The notes under the pieces are model-generated. The model made no database searches. It was given only the letters and a program-made list of their open reading frames with translations, and was not told where the DNA came from. From an uncultured bacterium (lineage in GTDB: Bacteria > Babelota > Babeliae > Babelales > Vermiphilaceae): a stretch of DNA of 64,000 nt. A program made the position numbers and the translations under genes. Location: contig OY968764.1 in NCBI GenBank assembly GCA_963695335.1, forward strand, positions 1,184,001 to 1,248,000, read 5' to 3'. Below are positions 61,062-64,000 of the stretch, in pieces; position 1 is the first letter of the stretch; every line of letters starts with the position of its first letter.

Positions 61062-61466
61062 TTATTCAGCAGCTACCGCTTGCGCTTTTGCTATTGAAGC
61101 TTTTGTTTCAACAAGCTGTTTAACGTGCGCATTTTTACCAACTTTATGACGAAGGTAATATAATTTAGCGCGGCGAACATCACCTTTGCTGAGTACTTTA
61201 ATTGCCTTAACGAGTGGTGAATACAATGGGAAAATACGTTCCACTGCAGATCCGCCTTCTGCTATTTTACGCACGATAAAGGTAGTTGAAACACCTTGTT
61301 TATGCATAGCAATTACGTTACCTTGAAAAGCTTGTAAACGTTCTTTTCCTGCTTCTTTAATACTTTGAGATACAATAACGGCATCGCCTATTCCAAATGA
61401 TGGAAAACCACGATCTTTCATGCCGATACTGCGAATTGTTTCTTTTGTGTAAAATGCTGCTTTCAT
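61062..61466 (-). CDS. rplS: 50S ribosomal protein L19
   Basis: RLQAFQG, VERIFPLYSP, VRRAKLYYLR. Confidence 0.95.
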   Translation of the reverse strand: MKAAFYTKETIRSIGMKDRGFPSFGIGDAVIVSQSIKEAGKERLQAFQGNVIAMHKQGVSTTFIVRKIAEGGSAVERIFPLYSPLVKAIKVLSKGDVRRAKLYYLRHKVGKNAHVKQLVETKASIAKAQAVAAE

Positions 61467-61499
61467 GTGAGATTCCTCTTAAACTAAATTAATTCTCCT

Positions 61500-61564
61500 G
61501 CGCTCATTCTGAGCTTGTCGAAGAATTAAAGCGCTTAACCCTTCAACAAGTTCAGGGTGAGCGC
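61500..61564. repeat. Family A REP, full copy
   Basis: GCGCTCATTCTGAGCTTGTCGAAG...CCCTTCAACAAGTTCAGGGTGAGCGC. Confidence 0.85.
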
Positions 61565-61645
61565 AATAGAAAATTTATATTTTTTATAACTACAGGAGAC
61601 TAACTCCATTTAAATATACCCAAAAAACATTATTCCAGCAACTTT

Positions 61646-62950
61646 TTAAGCTCGCTGGATATTAATCCCTAACCACCTATCAAGAATAATAGCCACTGCA
61701 GAACGGACCGAAAGATGATTAAAATCAGAAAAACCGTCTACAGGAACCAATAAATAATCTGATTGCTCTATTACAAATGGCGCTAATCCTTGTCCTGTAC
61801 CAAACACCAATAAAACTGGCCTATCAGCTTGCCATACTTTTGTTTGATCATAAAAAGAGATCATTTGATCCGTATCAACAACTTTAGCCGATGTGGTAAT
61901 AATCAACGGCTTTTTGCCTTCACGCTCCTCAATCTTTTGGATCGTTTCTTGCAATGAAGCTGTCAGTTGCACAAGCTGAATAGCATCATAACGGCATCTA
62001 TTGTACTCAAAACCAATTCCCTTCTTCCAAAAATCAAGCATTTTTTGCACAATTTTTTGTTGATCAAGTAATGGCGTTACAATAAAAAACTGTTCAATTC
62101 CATACATTTTTGATGAACGCGCGATATCATGAATATCAACGGAAGTAACAGATGAATGCCCAAGCCTTTTTTCTTCACCAATAAGCACATCAGTATGCAT
62201 CAACGCTACGTAATGAGATGGAATATAATTGCTTACCGCAACTCTTTCTTCTTTGGTTAATTTTTGTGAACGCAACCACGAAAAATGCTCTTGTACCGTT
62301 GCAGAAACTGCATGCTCTTGTCGCCATTTTTCAATGGCTCCATGATTACCTGAACGGAGCACATCAGGAACACGTTTATCTTTCCACTCGACAGGCTCTG
62401 TATATGAAGGAAAATCAACAAATGGCCCACTAAAAGAATCACGAGAAACTGATTCTTCTTTTCCTACAACCTGCGGTATATATCGCAAGACGCCTTCGAT
62501 CAATATCATCGCTGGCAAATCGCCACCCATGATAACAAAATCACCCATAGAAAGAATCATATCTGCATATTCTTCTTCTACACGAGCATCCATGCCTTCA
62601 TACCGTGCAGGGATCAACATTAAATGTCCAGAATTTTGCGCACGTTCTGCTATAGTTTCTAGCACACGTTGATCAACTTTTTGCCCTCGGGGAGAAAAGA
62701 AAATTTTAAATGCTTTACCGTAGCGCGCTTCTTTATCTTCTATTGCTTTTTGAACAACATCAGGACGAATGAGCATACCCGCACCAGGACCAAATGTTGG
62801 AGCGTCAATACGCTCCTTTGGCTGTACATACGAAAAAAACGATTGTACATCTATATGTACAATCCCTTTTTCTTGTGCCCGTCCAACCAAACTGGTATGG
62901 ACAAATGGCTCATAAAGCTGATCACAAACGGTGAGAACTGATATATTCAT
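61646..62950 (-). CDS. trmD: TrmD fused to a second SPOUT methyltransferase domain (Tm1570-like)
   Basis: RYEGMDAR, SMGDFVIMGG and SGNH; C-domain DIHDIARS, FGTGQGL and NHLSVRSAVAIILDR. Confidence 0.9.
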   Translation of the reverse strand: MNISVLTVCDQLYEPFVHTSLVGRAQEKGIVHIDVQSFFSYVQPKERIDAPTFGPGAGMLIRPDVVQKAIEDKEARYGKAFKIFFSPRGQKVDQRVLETIAERAQNSGHLMLIPARYEGMDARVEEEYADMILSMGDFVIMGGDLPAMILIEGVLRYIPQVVGKEESVSRDSFSGPFVDFPSYTEPVEWKDKRVPDVLRSGNHGAIEKWRQEHAVSATVQEHFSWLRSQKLTKEERVAVSNYIPSHYVALMHTDVLIGEEKRLGHSSVTSVDIHDIARSSKMYGIEQFFIVTPLLDQQKIVQKMLDFWKKGIGFEYNRCRYDAIQLVQLTASLQETIQKIEEREGKKPLIITTSAKVVDTDQMISFYDQTKVWQADRPVLLVFGTGQGLAPFVIEQSDYLLVPVDGFSDFNHLSVRSAVAIILDRWLGINIQRA

Positions 62951-62952
62951 TT

Positions 62953-63183
62953 TTATCGAGACAATTCAAGTGAAAAACTTTTTCCATAAGGTGCCGCTAC
63001 ATCAACTAAAGCACGCAATGATTTAATTGTATGCCCTTCTTTACCAATAACACGGCCTCTATCTTCTGGTGATACTTTTATTTCAAGAAGATTAACATCA
63101 TCTTTTTCAGAAAGATTAATGATAACCTCTTCTGGACGTGAAACCAATTGCTGCACTACAAAGGTGACCAATTCTTTAATCAT
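62953..63183 (-). CDS. khpA: KH-domain RNA-binding protein
   Basis: DRGRVIGKEG; position between rpsP and trmD. Confidence 0.85.
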   Translation of the reverse strand: MIKELVTFVVQQLVSRPEEVIINLSEKDDVNLLEIKVSPEDRGRVIGKEGHTIKSLRALVDVAAPYGKSFSLELSR

Positions 63184-63202
63184 ACTGTCGCCTTATATCC
63201 GC

Positions 63203-63505
63203 TTATTCTGCTGCTTTTTCTGTTGCAACAGCTTCTTGTGCAACTGGTTTGACAGATGCTACAGGGCTAGATTTTTTGAATAAACGATAGATTTTTTTAA
63301 CTGAATCAGTTGGAATTGCACCTTTAGAAATCCATGATTGATACTGATCTTCATGGAATTGAACTACGGTATTATTGATCGGATTAAATGAACCGATATT
63401 AGTGAGAATTTCACCGTCTCTTTGTTTGCGACCATCAGTTGCTACAATACGGTAATGTGGATTATTTGTTGTTCCAACTCGAGACAAACGAATTTTAACT
63501 GCCAT
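63203..63505 (-). CDS. rpsP: 30S ribosomal protein S16
   Basis: MAVKIRLSR, YRIVATD. Confidence 0.95.
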   Translation of the reverse strand: MAVKIRLSRVGTTNNPHYRIVATDGRKQRDGEILTNIGSFNPINNTVVQFHEDQYQSWISKGAIPTDSVKKIYRLFKKSSPVASVKPVAQEAVATEKAAE

Positions 63506-63522
63506 AGGAAATCATCCTTTTA

Positions 63523-63572
63523 CCCCAATTTTCACTTTGTTCCAAATCGGGGACCCCATCAATGAAAGAGGG
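63523..63572. repeat. Family D palindrome
   Basis: CCCCAATT...ATCGGGGACCCCATC. Confidence 0.7.
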
Positions 63573-63628
63573 ATAAGTTAATGTAATATTGTTATAAACA
63601 AGCTTTTTACTTAAAGCTCAAACTTATT

Positions 63629-64000
63629 TTATAGCTTAACATATTGTTTCGCTTCTTCAAAGCGTTTCAATAACTTAGCTACGTCAGGAACAGTAACTCC
63701 TGCCCCTTGAGCAATGCGCTGCATACGAGAATTATTTAGAATAGTCGTATTGAGTCGCTCTTTTAACGTCATAGAAGAAATTATTGCCCGAAATCTTACA
63801 AGTTCAACTTCCCCTCTCTGAATCATCTCAGGAGAAATATTTAAACCCATTCCTGGCATATATTTAAGTAATTGTGAGAGCGAGCCAATTTTATTCATCA
63901 TCGCCATCTGGTCTGCAAAGTCTTGCAAAGTAAAAGCCCCTGATCTGAGCGCCTGTTCAGCCTTTTCTTGTTCTGCAGCAGAAACTTTTTCCTCTGCGCG
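63629..64000 (-). CDS. ffh: Signal recognition particle protein, C-terminal M domain (partial)
   Basis: FTLQDF, KIGSLSQLLKYMPG, AIISSMTLKER, RIAQGAG. Confidence 0.9.
   Translation of the reverse strand, partial: RAEEKVSAAEQEKAEQALRSGAFTLQDFADQMAMMNKIGSLSQLLKYMPGMGLNISPEMIQRGEVELVRFRAIISSMTLKERLNTTILNNSRMQRIAQGAGVTVPDVAKLLKRFEEAKQYVKL

Noticed and set aside
2765..61564. Palindromic repeats as a CRISPR array
   Set aside because: They are dispersed, variable and inverted, lack regular spacers, and no cas genes are present
828..62941. Numerous short antisense or overlapping ORFs in the ORF track
   Set aside because: They are shadows of well-supported genes and lack recognisable motifs

Overview
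AT-rich bacterial chromosome segment. The many signal-peptide orphans with F-box-, ankyrin- and kinase-like motifs suggest a protist-associated bacterium such as Ca. Babelota/Dependentiae (TM6); this taxonomy is inferred, not established. About 1-29 kb and 48-64 kb mix housekeeping genes (gap, nfo, PMM/PGM, sbcC, RNase HI, SpoIID, rseP, pepP, recR, yidC, murC, a trmD fusion, ffh) with secreted orphans. 29-48 kb is the str-S10-spc-alpha ribosomal superoperon, with several probable assembly frameshifts. Intergenic spaces are filled with several palindromic REP-like repeat families that often nest inside each other and twice appear to be translated in frame. Two insertion sequences sit inside such repeats: an IS4-family element (18-bp TIRs, 10-bp DR) and an IS110-family recombinase element. 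The top finding is the ~190-nt non-coding left end of the IS110 element, which reads as a complete bridge RNA. One loop matches the host REP target on both sides of a CT core, a second loop matches the element's own circle junction, and a sigma70 promoter forms only on circularisation.
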